A stretch of 64,000 nucleotides of DNA from a virus. This document shows positions 9,902 to 19,800 of this stretch, piece by piece. The translations under genes and the position numbers were made by a program. The first letter of the stretch is position 1. Every line of letters starts with the position of its first letter. The notes beneath the pieces are model-generated. The model searched no databases. It saw nothing but the letters and a program-made list of their open reading frames with translations, and was not told where the DNA came from. Location: the IMG/VR virus record IMGVR_UViG_3300024348_000017, positions 26,869 through 90,868 of that record; one strand, 5' to 3'.

Positions 9902-10207
9902 TTAGGACTTTGCCTTCCAAAACTGCCACCAACGTCTTTTAGGTGTAGGCAGACATTGGCTGAATGGGTTATCACCGAATGATACCTTATTACTATATTT
10001 AGCTGTCATTATATTTAAGAATACCTCATGGTATTTCTCAGGTATAGTATTAAAGTCAGCTTCAATTTTAACATTCAATTCAATAGGACCTTCAGTACCA
10101 TTCACTGTTACTAATACTAGCGACTCGTTAATTGATACTAACTGTGACGTTTGAACGTTTAGATGTGAACCGAATCCTAAATGTATTTCGTTTTTATTTT
10201 CTTTCAT
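9902..10207 (-). CDS. hypothetical protein
   Basis: ends in RRWWQFWK amphipathic tail. Confidence 0.55.
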   Translation of the reverse strand: MKENKNEIHLGFGSHLNVQTSQLVSINESLVLVTVNGTEGPIELNVKIEADFNTIPEKYHEVFLNIMTAKYSNKVSFGDNPFSQCLPTPKRRWWQFWKAKS

Positions 10208-10224
10208 AACATGTTAAATGTAAG

Positions 10225-10245
10225 TTGGGGGATTTGCACCCCCAA
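10225..10245 (-). terminator. GC-rich hairpin downstream of the DUF932 gene
   Basis: TTGGGGG/CCCCCAA inverted repeat. Confidence 0.45.
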
Positions 10246-10255
10246 ACCTACTAAA

Positions 10256-11002
10256 TTAAAGGTATGATTCTGCTAATTCGAACAACTGTTCGTTTAACTG
10301 AATGTCTTTTTGGAAGTTCTTTACTGATCTAGCCTTACGACCACCAGATGTATATGAACCACCTAATATTTTCTCTTGTACTCTATTAAATACGACCCAT
10401 AGATCATTACCCTGATCCTCAGTACGTGTAGGTGTAAGTACATCCATAATGTTAACTGTTTTCTTAGTTCTCAACGCTGCTGCTTTAGTAGCAAAATCAT
10501 TCATTTGAGTTTCAGTTAATGTTTTAGATTTGAATAAGTTAATCTTCTGAACTAATCCAGGCAATTTACTAATCATTTCAGCAACTCTAGCTTGTAATGA
10601 TTCGAATGTGTAATTTATGTGTCTAATAGACATTACTCCGAAATCAGCATCACTAATTACTAATCCATTACTACATACTAATCTGAAGATACCCACTCTA
10701 AAATTGAAAGCGGCTTTACCATCATGAGAATTAGTTAATAGGATTTCAGGAAACGAATCATCTCCATTTTCACCCTTAATTGTAATACTTGGATTACGAA
10801 ACACTAATAAGTGTTTTTGGAAGCCTTTATACTTACGAGATCTTACCTCTTGTACTTTAGTAACTTCCCAACCTAAATTCATTAGATCTTCTACTACTCT
10901 AATTGTAGGAGTCTGAATGTATTTGTCTGTTAAATGTGCTGCTTTAGTTTCTGTGAAAACTGAAGGCGCAGCTGCCTTGATTTGTTCAATGTTGTAACTC
11001 AT
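10256..11002 (-). CDS. DUF932 family protein
   Basis: LTNSHDG, FRLVCSNGL, LWVVFNRVQE motifs. Confidence 0.85.
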   Translation of the reverse strand: MSYNIEQIKAAAPSVFTETKAAHLTDKYIQTPTIRVVEDLMNLGWEVTKVQEVRSRKYKGFQKHLLVFRNPSITIKGENGDDSFPEILLTNSHDGKAAFNFRVGIFRLVCSNGLVISDADFGVMSIRHINYTFESLQARVAEMISKLPGLVQKINLFKSKTLTETQMNDFATKAAALRTKKTVNIMDVLTPTRTEDQGNDLWVVFNRVQEKILGGSYTSGGRKARSVKNFQKDIQLNEQLFELAESYL

Positions 11003-11057
11003 AACTTATTATTTTAATTATCCTTAAATCTACGTTAACCGCTCTGCCCGACCACCT

Positions 11058-11243
11058 CTAATTTAAGACACCTAAACGAGCATATGCAATTGCTTCTGCA
11101 ATGACTTCCATTTCATCTAACGTTTCAGGCTCATACATTTCATCAATCTTATATACGATTTCTTCTCTATCCATACCTCTCATCGTTAATGAACGGGTCC
11201 AATTCTCAATCTCCAAACATCTAATTTGTAATTCCATTGTCAT
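11058..11243 (-). CDS. hypothetical protein
   Basis: ORF; start MTMELQ downstream of promoter motif. Confidence 0.5.
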   Translation of the reverse strand: MTMELQIRCLEIENWTRSLTMRGMDREEIVYKIDEMYEPETLDEMEVIAEAIAYARLGVLN

Positions 11244-11292
11244 AACTTTTAATTTATGCCGTGAATATAAGTGAGGGGCTATGCCCCTCAAA

Positions 11293-11496
11293 TTATGCTT
11301 TATTATTTGATTCTCGTTCTCGTTTACGTTTATCTAAACGGATCCACTCATATTGTTCTGCTAATGTAGCGCCTCGTTGGTTTAGATCAGACCATGATTG
11401 CTCACTTAATGGTATTTCTTTCTTTTTCTTGTTTAATACTCTATCTAATTTCTTAGAAGCTTTGTCTTGAAACTGATCCCTCGTTTGAAACGCCAT
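11293..11496 (-). CDS. hypothetical basic protein
   Basis: 67-aa ORF. Confidence 0.5.
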   Translation of the reverse strand: MAFQTRDQFQDKASKKLDRVLNKKKKEIPLSEQSWSDLNQRGATLAEQYEWIRLDKRKRERESNNKA

Positions 11497-11529
11497 ATCT
11501 TTAATTTTTGTTACAGCATGAATATACGA

Positions 11530-11931
11530 CTATTGTTCTGCCACCCACTTACCACTATCAATCAATTTAAATTCATCACTATTTCTATCTATGAATTGAT
11601 ACGTTGCTGATTGTAAATCAAAATGTTCATTGATATGATTTAATACTTGCTCAGGTGTAAAATCGGAGCAGCTGTATAAATCGAATTGAAACATTGATGG
11701 ATGTATTGCATCCCAAACATGTATTGAGGCGTGGGATGTAGCTAGTGTTACTGTACCTGTTATTCCCTCATTTCCAAGTTCATTAACATATACTGAGGTA
11801 GGTCCTGCTACAACTACCATTCCGACTTTATTTACTAATTCTCTAAACCATTGGTTTAGTATTTCTTCTGACTTTGGTGGGTTAATAATATAACCCTTTA
11901 CTAGTAGGTGGATGTGATTCGGTACGAACAT
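11530..11931 (-). CDS. speD: S-adenosylmethionine decarboxylase family proenzyme (pyruvoyl-dependent)
   Basis: HLLV, GITGTVTLATSHASIHVW, DLYSC motifs. Confidence 0.85.
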   Translation of the reverse strand: MFVPNHIHLLVKGYIINPPKSEEILNQWFRELVNKVGMVVVAGPTSVYVNELGNEGITGTVTLATSHASIHVWDAIHPSMFQFDLYSCSDFTPEQVLNHINEHFDLQSATYQFIDRNSDEFKLIDSGKWVAEQ

Positions 11932-12560
11932 TACTTAAACTTAAATCCTGTTAATTTTTCAACATCAGTAACACTAACCTTATTATTGGTGATACCGTCT
12001 GCTTTAGTTGTATTGTTATCAAATATAAATGCCATGTATTCTTTTGTCTTCTTAGTATAAACTACTTTCCAACATTGGGTTGGTACTGATGTAGTGCCTA
12101 TTTTATTTGCTACGCCTATTGACCCAGCCCAAACATGCACTGAATCCTCTTTAAGTGCTGTTTCACGAGATAACATTTCCAATGTTTTCCAATCCCCACG
12201 ATTTAAAGCAGGGTATTGAGCAGTCATATTACTGAAATAAAATGATTCGTCGTTTGCTACTTGATCGCATGAAGCGTCAGCGGCTGGAAAATTATGTCCA
12301 CGATCGAAACCAGCGCCTGTATAGTCTGATTGTAAATTTGTTTCAGTTGGTAATTTAGGATCAACAATAAATTTATCACCACGTTTTGCCTTAACAGGAC
12401 ACGTTAGTGATGCTTTTGTAATCCACCATTCAACTTTAACTGGGTAGTGTTTTGATTTGCTGTAATGCGTTGTGTACGCTTTGTGTGTTAGTATAACTAC
12501 ATCTTGAGCTGTAACTGTAAAACTAACTAATAGTAATAAGGCTAATAGGCATTGTTTCAT
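11931..12560 (-). CDS. exported DNA/RNA non-specific endonuclease (NucA/EndA type)
   Basis: signal peptide, DRGH catalytic motif, SNMTAQYPALNRGDW. Confidence 0.9.
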   Translation of the reverse strand: MKQCLLALLLLVSFTVTAQDVVILTHKAYTTHYSKSKHYPVKVEWWITKASLTCPVKAKRGDKFIVDPKLPTETNLQSDYTGAGFDRGHNFPAADASCDQVANDESFYFSNMTAQYPALNRGDWKTLEMLSRETALKEDSVHVWAGSIGVANKIGTTSVPTQCWKVVYTKKTKEYMAFIFDNNTTKADGITNNKVSVTDVEKLTGFKFK

Positions 12561-12572
12561 GCCGATAAATAT

Positions 12573-12776
12573 CTACGCTACTGGTTCATCAGCTAGGAAT
12601 TTTAAACTATTGTAATATTCTTCTCTCAAACGTCTAACAGCGGCTTCAGCACTCGCCACACCTGCTTTAAACATATGGTCATCACTTGATGATGCTCGCT
12701 CGTTAATTACTTTAAATACCTCTTCGAATACATCGAATCCGAAATACTCGCCTGAAATTTGATATTTGTTTTCCAT
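12573..12776 (-). CDS. hypothetical protein
   Basis: 67-aa ORF. Confidence 0.55.
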   Translation of the reverse strand: MENKYQISGEYFGFDVFEEVFKVINERASSSDDHMFKAGVASAEAAVRRLREEYYNSLKFLADEPVA

Positions 12777-12777
12777 A

Positions 12778-12981
12778 TTATAATTTTTCTATTTCTTGTT
12801 TAACTTCTTGCCAATATTCTAATTCAAAATTTGGCGATTCATAAGGATGCCAAAATATGGCTTCTTTAATTTCTTCTACTGCAATTAATGCACATTGTTT
12901 AGCATCCTTAAAACCATAGGGTTGATGATTAGATTTAAAATACTTTTGTACTAATTCTAATGCTTTTTCTTTTGGATCCAT
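12778..12981 (-). CDS. hypothetical phage protein (PKEKAxEL...AKQCALIAV...YWQEVKQEI family)
   Basis: motif pattern recurrent in Bacteroidota phages. Confidence 0.6.
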   Translation of the reverse strand: MDPKEKALELVQKYFKSNHQPYGFKDAKQCALIAVEEIKEAIFWHPYESPNFELEYWQEVKQEIEKL

Positions 12982-12982
12982 A

Positions 12983-13162
12983 TTAGTTGAAATTAAAGAA
13001 TTTATGTTCTTGTTTTACTCTCAATTTTTGCTCTGCTACTACTCTTGGTTTTGGTTTGCGGCCTCGAGGTTTACTAACTCGATCTTCATCACTACCCCAA
13101 TTCGTTTCCCTAACCGTCTTATAAAAGCGTTCACGAACACGCTTCATATATTCATCTTCCAT
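12983..13162 (-). CDS. small basic protein with PRGRKP motif (not in ORF track)
   Basis: translated by hand: 59 aa MEDEYMKRVRERFYK...KPRGRKPKPR...FFNFN. Confidence 0.5.
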   Translation of the reverse strand: MEDEYMKRVRERFYKTVRETNWGSDEDRVSKPRGRKPKPRVVAEQKLRVKQEHKFFNFN

Positions 13163-13317
13163 CTTTAATTAATTGTGGGTTATTTTCAATTATATTTACA
13201 ATTGAATCTACTATCTCTTCTGGACCGAATGAGGTTTTCCAATCACACTCTTCAGATACCTCATTTACCCACTCCATATAAAGTTTAAATAACTCGTCTT
13301 TATCTATTTTCATAACA

Positions 13318-13599
13318 TTAATTTAAATATTTTGAATCTGATATTTTTAACCCACAATATAAATCTAACATTCTCATTTCACGATCAGCTAGATACTTAT
13401 TGTAACGATGCTTTTTCATTATGAATTTAGTACCCCAATCTCGCCATTCCTCATTTTGGGCTTCAGTCATTGTGTATTGTTGATACCAATTATCCTTTCT
13501 ACTTTCAACATCTTCAAATTTAAGATCGTGACCTGCTATTTCAAACATCTTATCGATTAGTTCTTTTAATACTAACTTATTTTTATCTGCTCGTTTCAT
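13318..13599 (-). CDS. hypothetical protein
   Basis: 93-aa ORF. Confidence 0.6.
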   Translation of the reverse strand: MKRADKNKLVLKELIDKMFEIAGHDLKFEDVESRKDNWYQQYTMTEAQNEEWRDWGTKFIMKKHRYNKYLADREMRMLDLYCGLKISDSKYLN

Positions 13600-14174
13600 T
13601 TTAGATATTTTGATTTGAGTATCTTAGTATAGTAATCTGTTGTTACTGGTTCTTCATCATGTTTATGTGAAGTCCATGTTTGTGGAGCTTCCTTTATACA
13701 TTGCTCTATTCGCTCACGCTTTGATTTTGTTTTATCTGTTGCATATTCATAGTATAACCATGGTTCCCAATAGTGAGAATGATGTTCGCTATATACTGTT
13801 AATGCTATTTGATATCCGAAAAATACAAATGTAAATACTGGATTCCATTCGTGTCTAAAGTCATTAGGTGTCCATTTTGTTTTCCATCCTAAACTACACC
13901 AATCGAATCCAACTTTAATTGGTACTGCTTTAGTATAGTTTTTATACATATCGTATAACTTACTATCTATATGTTGTACATAGTTTTTATTGGTTTTATG
14001 CTTTTCCATTGCTTTTTGAATATCCTCTTCTGTATATTTAACCCATTTTCTAGGGAAGAAGTATGGAGTGCCTATTGCTAATTTACCAGCATAGAATCCA
14101 ATTTTAAATGGTTTAAAGGGACTCCATAGTGCTTTAATCCATCTAAAGCGTTGTATTGTGTATTTTATACTCAT
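13596..14174 (-). CDS. hypothetical Trp/Tyr-rich protein
   Basis: 192-aa ORF. Confidence 0.6.
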   Translation of the reverse strand: MSIKYTIQRFRWIKALWSPFKPFKIGFYAGKLAIGTPYFFPRKWVKYTEEDIQKAMEKHKTNKNYVQHIDSKLYDMYKNYTKAVPIKVGFDWCSLGWKTKWTPNDFRHEWNPVFTFVFFGYQIALTVYSEHHSHYWEPWLYYEYATDKTKSKRERIEQCIKEAPQTWTSHKHDEEPVTTDYYTKILKSKYLK

Positions 14175-14177
14175 AAT

Positions 14178-14378
14178 CTAATTTATATATTCAATTAATA
14201 ATTCCTTAGCACCCACAACGTATTGTAATGCTCCTAATTTACATTCATTATTAAACGGCTTACCGTTTTTAATTTCCATTGACCATTGTGGTTGACCTCC
14301 ATTCGCTAATCCAGTGAAGAATCCATCCTCACTGAATATAACGAATTCGGGTAATTTATTTTGTTTGGGCTTTTTCAT
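14178..14378 (-). CDS. hypothetical protein
   Basis: 66-aa ORF. Confidence 0.5.
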   Translation of the reverse strand: MKKPKQNKLPEFVIFSEDGFFTGLANGGQPQWSMEIKNGKPFNNECKLGALQYVVGAKELLIEYIN

Positions 14379-15117
14379 TCTCTAATTTGCCCAAAGATAC
14401 GACTCCATCGTTGACAATCAAATATTCTCTTGGCATTGTATCAATGAAATAGTAACGACCACCTGTAGCTTTACCCTCAATATCGATTTGTTTTTTGGTT
14501 GTATGGCCTACTACTTGTCTAATTTTAGTACGTAATGTATCGTAATTGGCTTCCATTAATGATTTAGGACGGATCCAAATAGGACCTTGGAATGTTTCAT
14601 CTCCAAACCCATAAGCACCATATACTTGATCTCCAACTTGTCTATATGAACGATAACCGACTTTAGTTGGTTGATAATTAAATAAATCATTCAGATACAT
14701 AGCTATATTCTCTACATCCCACATTGTAATCATATCATCTAACCATACACTACTTACACCAGCGTGTGTAACTAATATATCATCAAATTGATAGGCCATT
14801 TGTAAATGGTCTCTATTAGTACTGATGAGATATTGAATGGTTGGCGCCATTCTAGATTGATAACCTGAAGTATTACTATCTCCAATTTCAGGAAAATAAT
14901 GATAATCGTGATTACCAACTAATAACACTACTACTTTATCAGTTGTAGTTTTAAACTCAATAATGTCTTGAAAATTTTGGCATTGTATTAATCCAGGAAC
15001 TGTAAATGAATCGAAATAATCACCTACAAATACAAATCTGTCGGCGTCTTGTTCTTGTTGAACTACTTGCTTCCATGTATTGTGACCATGAATATCTCCT
15101 ATAATAACTGTTTTCAT
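14356..15117 (-). CDS. calcineurin-like metallophosphoesterase
   Basis: GDIHG, GDYFD, GNHD, THAG, VVGHT motifs. Confidence 0.9.
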   Translation of the reverse strand: MKTVIIGDIHGHNTWKQVVQQEQDADRFVFVGDYFDSFTVPGLIQCQNFQDIIEFKTTTDKVVVLLVGNHDYHYFPEIGDSNTSGYQSRMAPTIQYLISTNRDHLQMAYQFDDILVTHAGVSSVWLDDMITMWDVENIAMYLNDLFNYQPTKVGYRSYRQVGDQVYGAYGFGDETFQGPIWIRPKSLMEANYDTLRTKIRQVVGHTTKKQIDIEGKATGGRYYFIDTMPREYLIVNDGVVSLGKLENEKAQTK

Positions 15118-15120
15118 AAC

Positions 15121-15351
15121 TTATAATATTATACCTTTAACTATTATGTGTTTTGATTTGTCAGGCACATAATAAGCAGTGTCCGCCTCTTCATGTTTAC
15201 CATAATACCATTCTTTATGTACATCTAAAGCTATTTCCATAACGGGGCCTATTGGACCAGCATCATTGTAACCACCTTCGTAGCCACTAACAAATACATG
15301 TAAATCGGGATCGAGCGTTTGTAATTGCTCTATTAATTCTTTAACTGTCAT
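15121..15351 (-). CDS. hypothetical phage protein (MTVKELIEQL family)
   Basis: 76-aa ORF. Confidence 0.6.
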   Translation of the reverse strand: MTVKELIEQLQTLDPDLHVFVSGYEGGYNDAGPIGPVMEIALDVHKEWYYGKHEEADTAYYVPDKSKHIIVKGIIL

Positions 15352-15379
15352 AACCTAAATTTACGTAATTATTTTGCCA

Positions 15380-15613
15380 TTACCAAAATTTATACCATGG
15401 TTTTTCTACCTTAGTTTGTGGTTTTAATCGTGGTGTTATTTTAAGAGTACGATTTAATAATGCATTAGCATGCTTCTGGATTATTGATTTGTCTTCATCT
15501 GGTAAACCGCTAACGTTTATATGGATTTGTACTAATGAGCTAGTGGAACCAGCCTCTAACGTTGTTGTAATAACGTAATATTCTTTATTTTTGATATAAA
15601 CTGTACGTACCAT
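15380..15613 (-). CDS. hypothetical protein
   Basis: ends KPWYKFW; ATATTTAT motif 4 nt upstream. Confidence 0.55.
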   Translation of the reverse strand: MVRTVYIKNKEYYVITTTLEAGSTSSLVQIHINVSGLPDEDKSIIQKHANALLNRTLKITPRLKPQTKVEKPWYKFW

Positions 15614-15638
15614 AGATATAAATATCTACAGTTCAAAC

Positions 15639-15899
15639 TTATTCAGTTTCGTGGTTCATATAATTTACAAACTCAAGAGCTGCTTTAGGATTTACCTCCT
15701 GTAAATGATCTAAAGTCAATTCGTATCTACCTAATTGGACATGTTTGATAAATGCTTCATCATATAGACTATCTGATGTTGATTGTAATGTTTTAACTTC
15801 AACCTTAAATTGGTTGATTCTTTCATTTTGAAAGTAAATTGTCGTTAACAGAGCTATCAATGTACCTGCTGTTAGTAATGGGTTAATGTATTTTTTCAT
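15639..15899 (-). CDS. hypothetical membrane-anchored protein
   Basis: N-terminal hydrophobic helix followed by coiled coil. Confidence 0.55.
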   Translation of the reverse strand: MKKYINPLLTAGTLIALLTTIYFQNERINQFKVEVKTLQSTSDSLYDEAFIKHVQLGRYELTLDHLQEVNPKAALEFVNYMNHETE

Positions 15900-16038
15900 G
15901 TTATACTGTTTTTATCTTCTTCATCAAATAAGTCTTCACCTTTATAATCAGGATGATTTTCCTTCATATAGTCAATTCCACGTACCCAAAATGTGGCTAC
16001 GATTGCTGCTAATACAGCACTACATCCTATACCAATTG

Positions 16039-16557
16039 CTAATCCCACCATTTTTCAATATTTTCTTCTAATATGTTAAATAATAATCGTCTTGCTCTTA
16101 AATGATTTATATGAGCTATGTTTATAGCTATTCCTGCTTTAGTTTTCTTCTTAAATGGAGGTTTCTTCATTGCTTTAACAGCAATCCAAATACGAGGATA
16201 CTTAATAAAGTAATCATCAAAATGTTCATTTAATTCCTTTAAATCCCATTCATAACTACCTGGATGTGATTCGCTTGGTGTAAATACAGATTCTGTTTGA
16301 TGATAATCATTATATTCATGTAAATAATATTCTGTTTGTAATTTATCAATTAGACGAGTACATAGCATCATTATTTCAGCATCGCGTTTAGCACTAACGT
16401 GTCTGTCTTTAGTACCAATATATTTTGCTTGATTCTTTAATTTGAATTTAAGTATCTCCCAAATATAATGATCATCCCAATCCTGGTCCTTCCATATAAT
16501 GGGTAACCAACGATATAAATTGTATATGCGTTTAAAGAATTGTTTTACCTTGTACAT
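16039..16557 (-). CDS. hypothetical phage protein
   Basis: 172 aa, WKDQDWD and C-terminal WWD motifs. Confidence 0.6.
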   Translation of the reverse strand: MYKVKQFFKRIYNLYRWLPIIWKDQDWDDHYIWEILKFKLKNQAKYIGTKDRHVSAKRDAEIMMLCTRLIDKLQTEYYLHEYNDYHQTESVFTPSESHPGSYEWDLKELNEHFDDYFIKYPRIWIAVKAMKKPPFKKKTKAGIAINIAHINHLRARRLLFNILEENIEKWWD

Positions 16558-16612
16558 AACATGAATTTAAAACAGAAATTTGGCCCTACCAAACAGGTAG
16601 AGCCATAATCAC

Positions 16613-16774
16613 TTACTTAGTTACAGTTGTATCAACTACTGCTGTAGTTGTATCAGATGTTACTACTGTTGAATCTACTGCTACGGCAGTTGAATCTGTT
16701 GTTGATACTTCAGTTGAAGCACCACCACATGCTACCAATGTAGCGATTGCGAAAATTGCAATTACTTTTCTCAT
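16613..16774 (-). CDS. small Bacteroidota-type lipoprotein (not in ORF track)
   Basis: MRKVIAIFAIATLVA-CGGASTEVSTTDSTAVAVDSTVVTSDTTTAVVDTTVTK; lipobox and four D-S/T-T sequons. Confidence 0.75.
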   Translation of the reverse strand: MRKVIAIFAIATLVACGGASTEVSTTDSTAVAVDSTVVTSDTTTAVVDTTVTK

Positions 16775-16832
16775 AGTGTAATTTTTGTTTTATTATAATT
16801 AAATATACAACCGAATTTTGCCCAAACCAAAT

Positions 16833-18242
16833 TTATAATTGAAGTCTTGAACCAATCATAAAGAAACTAAGTATGGGTGTACCGGGCACGGTTGATATGC
16901 TGGCTTTGTAATCGATGTTAAATCCAAATCTTTTACTCAATTTAAAACTATATCCTGTGCCTACCAAACCCATTACATTATAGTTCCAAGAGCTTCCCGA
17001 TTTGCTGTTGTAAGCGTAGGGCGAGGCCATCAGGAAGACTCCTGGAGATAAGGTTGATTTTAGACTTATTTGGTATGGTTTAGTCCAGAATGCTGTTGTT
17101 GACGACATCATTGAATATGAGTAACCATCTACTTCTTTTAATTTAATGTTAATAACTGATAAGTTGTAACCATACGTACCTAATTTTGGATGTGGTATAA
17201 TATGAGTATAACCACCGAAAGTCATATGGGTACCTGCAACGTAAGCGACGGTATATGAGTAAGCATCTATTGATTTGAGTGCTCCGTTCTTAAAATTCAT
17301 ATCGCTTTTATTCGCAGATAAAGCGAATGATTTTAAATCAGCCCATATCATACTCGATACGCCCCAACTCGATTCACCTGTAGCGGATGCTTGAGACATA
17401 CTCAATGATATGACTGGTGTGAACCCACCTGTAGCGTTTTGACCTACTGTTAAGTCAGAACCTATCATTATGGGATTCATTACTGCTTTTTTCTTTTCTT
17501 CCTTTTTATCTGATTTCTTTTCTTCTTTCTTTTCCTCTTTTTTCTCTTCTGATTTACTTTCTTCTTTCTTTTCTTCTTTAGTTTCTGATTTACTTTCTTC
17601 CTTTGATTCGGTTTTTGATTCGCTCTTACTTTCGGTTTTGGTTTCGGTTTTGGTTTCGCTGCTTGAACTGCTTCCTCCGCTGCTGCTCTCCGAGCTTGAG
17701 CCTGATGATGAGGAAGATCCAGATGAAGATGAAGATTGGGATGAAGATGATGATGATTGGGAAGATGATGACTGGGATGATGTACCACTCGATGCTGCGG
17801 CTCCTGAACCTGCTGAAGACGCTCCTGCTGAAGCGGCTCCGCTTGCTGCTCCTGAAGCCGCTCCTGAAGCGGCTCCACTTGCTGCACTTGATGCTGCTGA
17901 TGAAGCTGCGGATGCTGCTGCTGAGGCTGCTGCTTGTGATACTGCCTGAGTCACCGTCTGTGTTACCACGGGGGTTGATACGGGACATGCTAATGTATTG
18001 TAGGATGCATACGTTGCTTGAAGCCAAGCTTGTAATTCTCCATTTGTTACTTGCGCTGATGTAAATGTTTTGATTTGTCCATAGAAGGAAACGACAGCGT
18101 TTCCATTAACCATTGTAGTTGTAGCTACTTTAGTTTGACCAGTGCATTTGTCAATAAAGGTTTGAGTATAGACTTGTCCGTTCGCTGTTTTAGCGAATAA
18201 ACATATAACGATTAATATTAAACTTATTAACCATTTCTTCAT
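16833..18242 (-). CDS. exported protein with Ala/Ser and Glu/Lys stalk and C-terminal outer-membrane beta-barrel
   Basis: signal peptide, low-complexity linker, amphipathic strands ending FMIGSRLQL; paralogous motifs with 22191..23084. Confidence 0.7.
   Translation of the reverse strand: MKKWLISLILIVICLFAKTANGQVYTQTFIDKCTGQTKVATTTMVNGNAVVSFYGQIKTFTSAQVTNGELQAWLQATYASYNTLACPVSTPVVTQTVTQAVSQAAASAAASAASSAASSAASGAASGAASGAASGAASAGASSAGSGAAASSGTSSQSSSSQSSSSSSQSSSSSGSSSSSGSSSESSSGGSSSSSETKTETKTESKSESKTESKEESKSETKEEKKEESKSEEKKEEKKEEKKSDKKEEKKKAVMNPIMIGSDLTVGQNATGGFTPVISLSMSQASATGESSWGVSSMIWADLKSFALSANKSDMNFKNGALKSIDAYSYTVAYVAGTHMTFGGYTHIIPHPKLGTYGYNLSVINIKLKEVDGYSYSMMSSTTAFWTKPYQISLKSTLSPGVFLMASPYAYNSKSGSSWNYNVMGLVGTGYSFKLSKRFGFNIDYKASISTVPGTPILSFFMIGSRLQL
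17490..17945 (-). repeat. low-complexity coding repeats (ASGA, SSSSS, KEEK)
   Basis: tandem imperfect codon repeats within the 469-aa gene. Confidence 0.8.
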
Positions 18243-19066
18243 TACTTATTATTCAATCCAATTGAAATTTGAGAATACTTCCTAATTGGGTCAGTATCTA
18301 ATTTTAATGTGAACCATTTGAAATCTCTTATTAATCCGACTTTAAATGTAGTAAATGATGTGTTTGATTTTGGAAATGATATACCACCAATAGCATCTTT
18401 ACCTTGCCATCTAATAATTTCATTGCCAAATCCTACCATACCGTGTATTCCAATTTTACCAATTCGTTTACCTCCACCAACATATAAAGTTGATTCTTTT
18501 TTCCAATCGTTTTTACTAAGTGGGAAATCAACATTATTGATTTGACCATATGGATAATAGCTATTTTGGTCTATTGCATAAGTCATTACATAATCCATAA
18601 TGAAATATCCTTTCTTACCACCCACTACTCCCCAATAAGATATTTGTTTATTATTTGTATGTCCAAATCCAAAGGATGTATAAACTCGTTCTTTTCTAAC
18701 AGTATCTCTTCTACCACTTTCGTATATGTGAATTACACTTCTTTGTCTCCATCCTAAATCATCATACCAAATGTAAGGCATTGGTTGATACCATCCGTAG
18801 TTACCCCAATAATAACCAAACTGATTAGGGCCGTTCCAATTTTGAATACCACCCCTACCACGTGGTGGCAATGGTTGTGATTCTTGTGGTGGATTATTTC
18901 TCCAATTACTCACATTATTTTGTGGTAATGTAGGGGTTTGAACTCTTGACTGTGTTGCTTGAGACGTTTGTGCTGCTGGAGTACTTCCACCAGTTTGTCT
19001 CCAAGTTGATACTTGTGAAAAAGATATCATTGGAATAACCAACAATAAAACTAATAATTTTTTCAT
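18242..19066 (-). CDS. exported protein with disordered N-terminus and small C-terminal beta-barrel
   Basis: signal peptide, Q/P/N-rich region, Tyr/Trp/Gly stretch, alternating Gly/aromatic strands. Confidence 0.6.
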   Translation of the reverse strand: MKKLLVLLLVIPMISFSQVSTWRQTGGSTPAAQTSQATQSRVQTPTLPQNNVSNWRNNPPQESQPLPPRGRGGIQNWNGPNQFGYYWGNYGWYQPMPYIWYDDLGWRQRSVIHIYESGRRDTVRKERVYTSFGFGHTNNKQISYWGVVGGKKGYFIMDYVMTYAIDQNSYYPYGQINNVDFPLSKNDWKKESTLYVGGGKRIGKIGIHGMVGFGNEIIRWQGKDAIGGISFPKSNTSFTTFKVGLIRDFKWFTLKLDTDPIRKYSQISIGLNNK

Positions 19067-19069
19067 AGT

Positions 19070-19786
19070 TTAGTTTTTAAATACACCCTTCTTAATCATA
19101 CGAGGTAATATACGAGCACAAGCAATATCTAATGCTTTTTTAGTCGCAATACTAACTGTAGACTGATTAAATTTAACTGGGTCTATTGTTGCGTCTGATA
19201 ATATTGTTAATTCTCTTGTTGTTTTGGCTTCACCTAAACCCGATGCTGCTATAATTTCTCCTGTTTCAGCATCTGTAAAGCGTACTTGCAACCCTAAACG
19301 TGTAACCATTGTATTTTTAACTCCGTTTGATAAGTTTACTTCTTCATCATCTGAAACTGACCAATCGTATACTTCAATTTCAACGAAGTAATGAGCTAAT
19401 CTAATTTTACCTCTACCATCTAATTTATCTTGAGAAATCCCAGCGGCTGACGCTTGGAATTGTTTTACCATTCTATTTTTAATTTCTGTTTTATCTTCTG
19501 TAAACGTAAAGCGATTAAGATTTTCAAGATATTCAAGCGTGATGTTAGCAACGCCAAGGCCCACTTTCTTTTCCTTGAGTTCAGGATACGACTCATAAAG
19601 ATCATCTCCGATACCACATTTAAGAATTTGTATTGGTATCGTTGGTCCTTCATAATTTAAAAATTGACTAATGTCTATTTTGGTTTCGAATGACGCTTTG
19701 AACTGTTCTGTCTTCGTGCTTCCTATAGTTTGAGCACCCACATTTATGGTCAATAACAGACCTAATAATATTAATAAACTTTTCAT
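19070..19786 (-). CDS. CsgG/HfaB family protein
   Basis: signal peptide; GLGVANITLEYLENLNRFTFTE, LGLQVRFTDAETGEII, C-terminal ATKKAL helix match the CsgG pattern. Confidence 0.75.
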   Translation of the reverse strand: MKSLLILLGLLLTINVGAQTIGSTKTEQFKASFETKIDISQFLNYEGPTIPIQILKCGIGDDLYESYPELKEKKVGLGVANITLEYLENLNRFTFTEDKTEIKNRMVKQFQASAAGISQDKLDGRGKIRLAHYFVEIEVYDWSVSDDEEVNLSNGVKNTMVTRLGLQVRFTDAETGEIIAASGLGEAKTTRELTILSDATIDPVKFNQSTVSIATKKALDIACARILPRMIKKGVFKN

Positions 19787-19800
19787 ACATAAATTTAATT

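Noticed and set aside
17470-18064. Overlapping ORFs 17470+, 17480-, 17603+, 17626-
   Set aside because: Shadow frames created by the low-complexity Ser/Ala/Glu/Lys repeats of the 469-aa gene.
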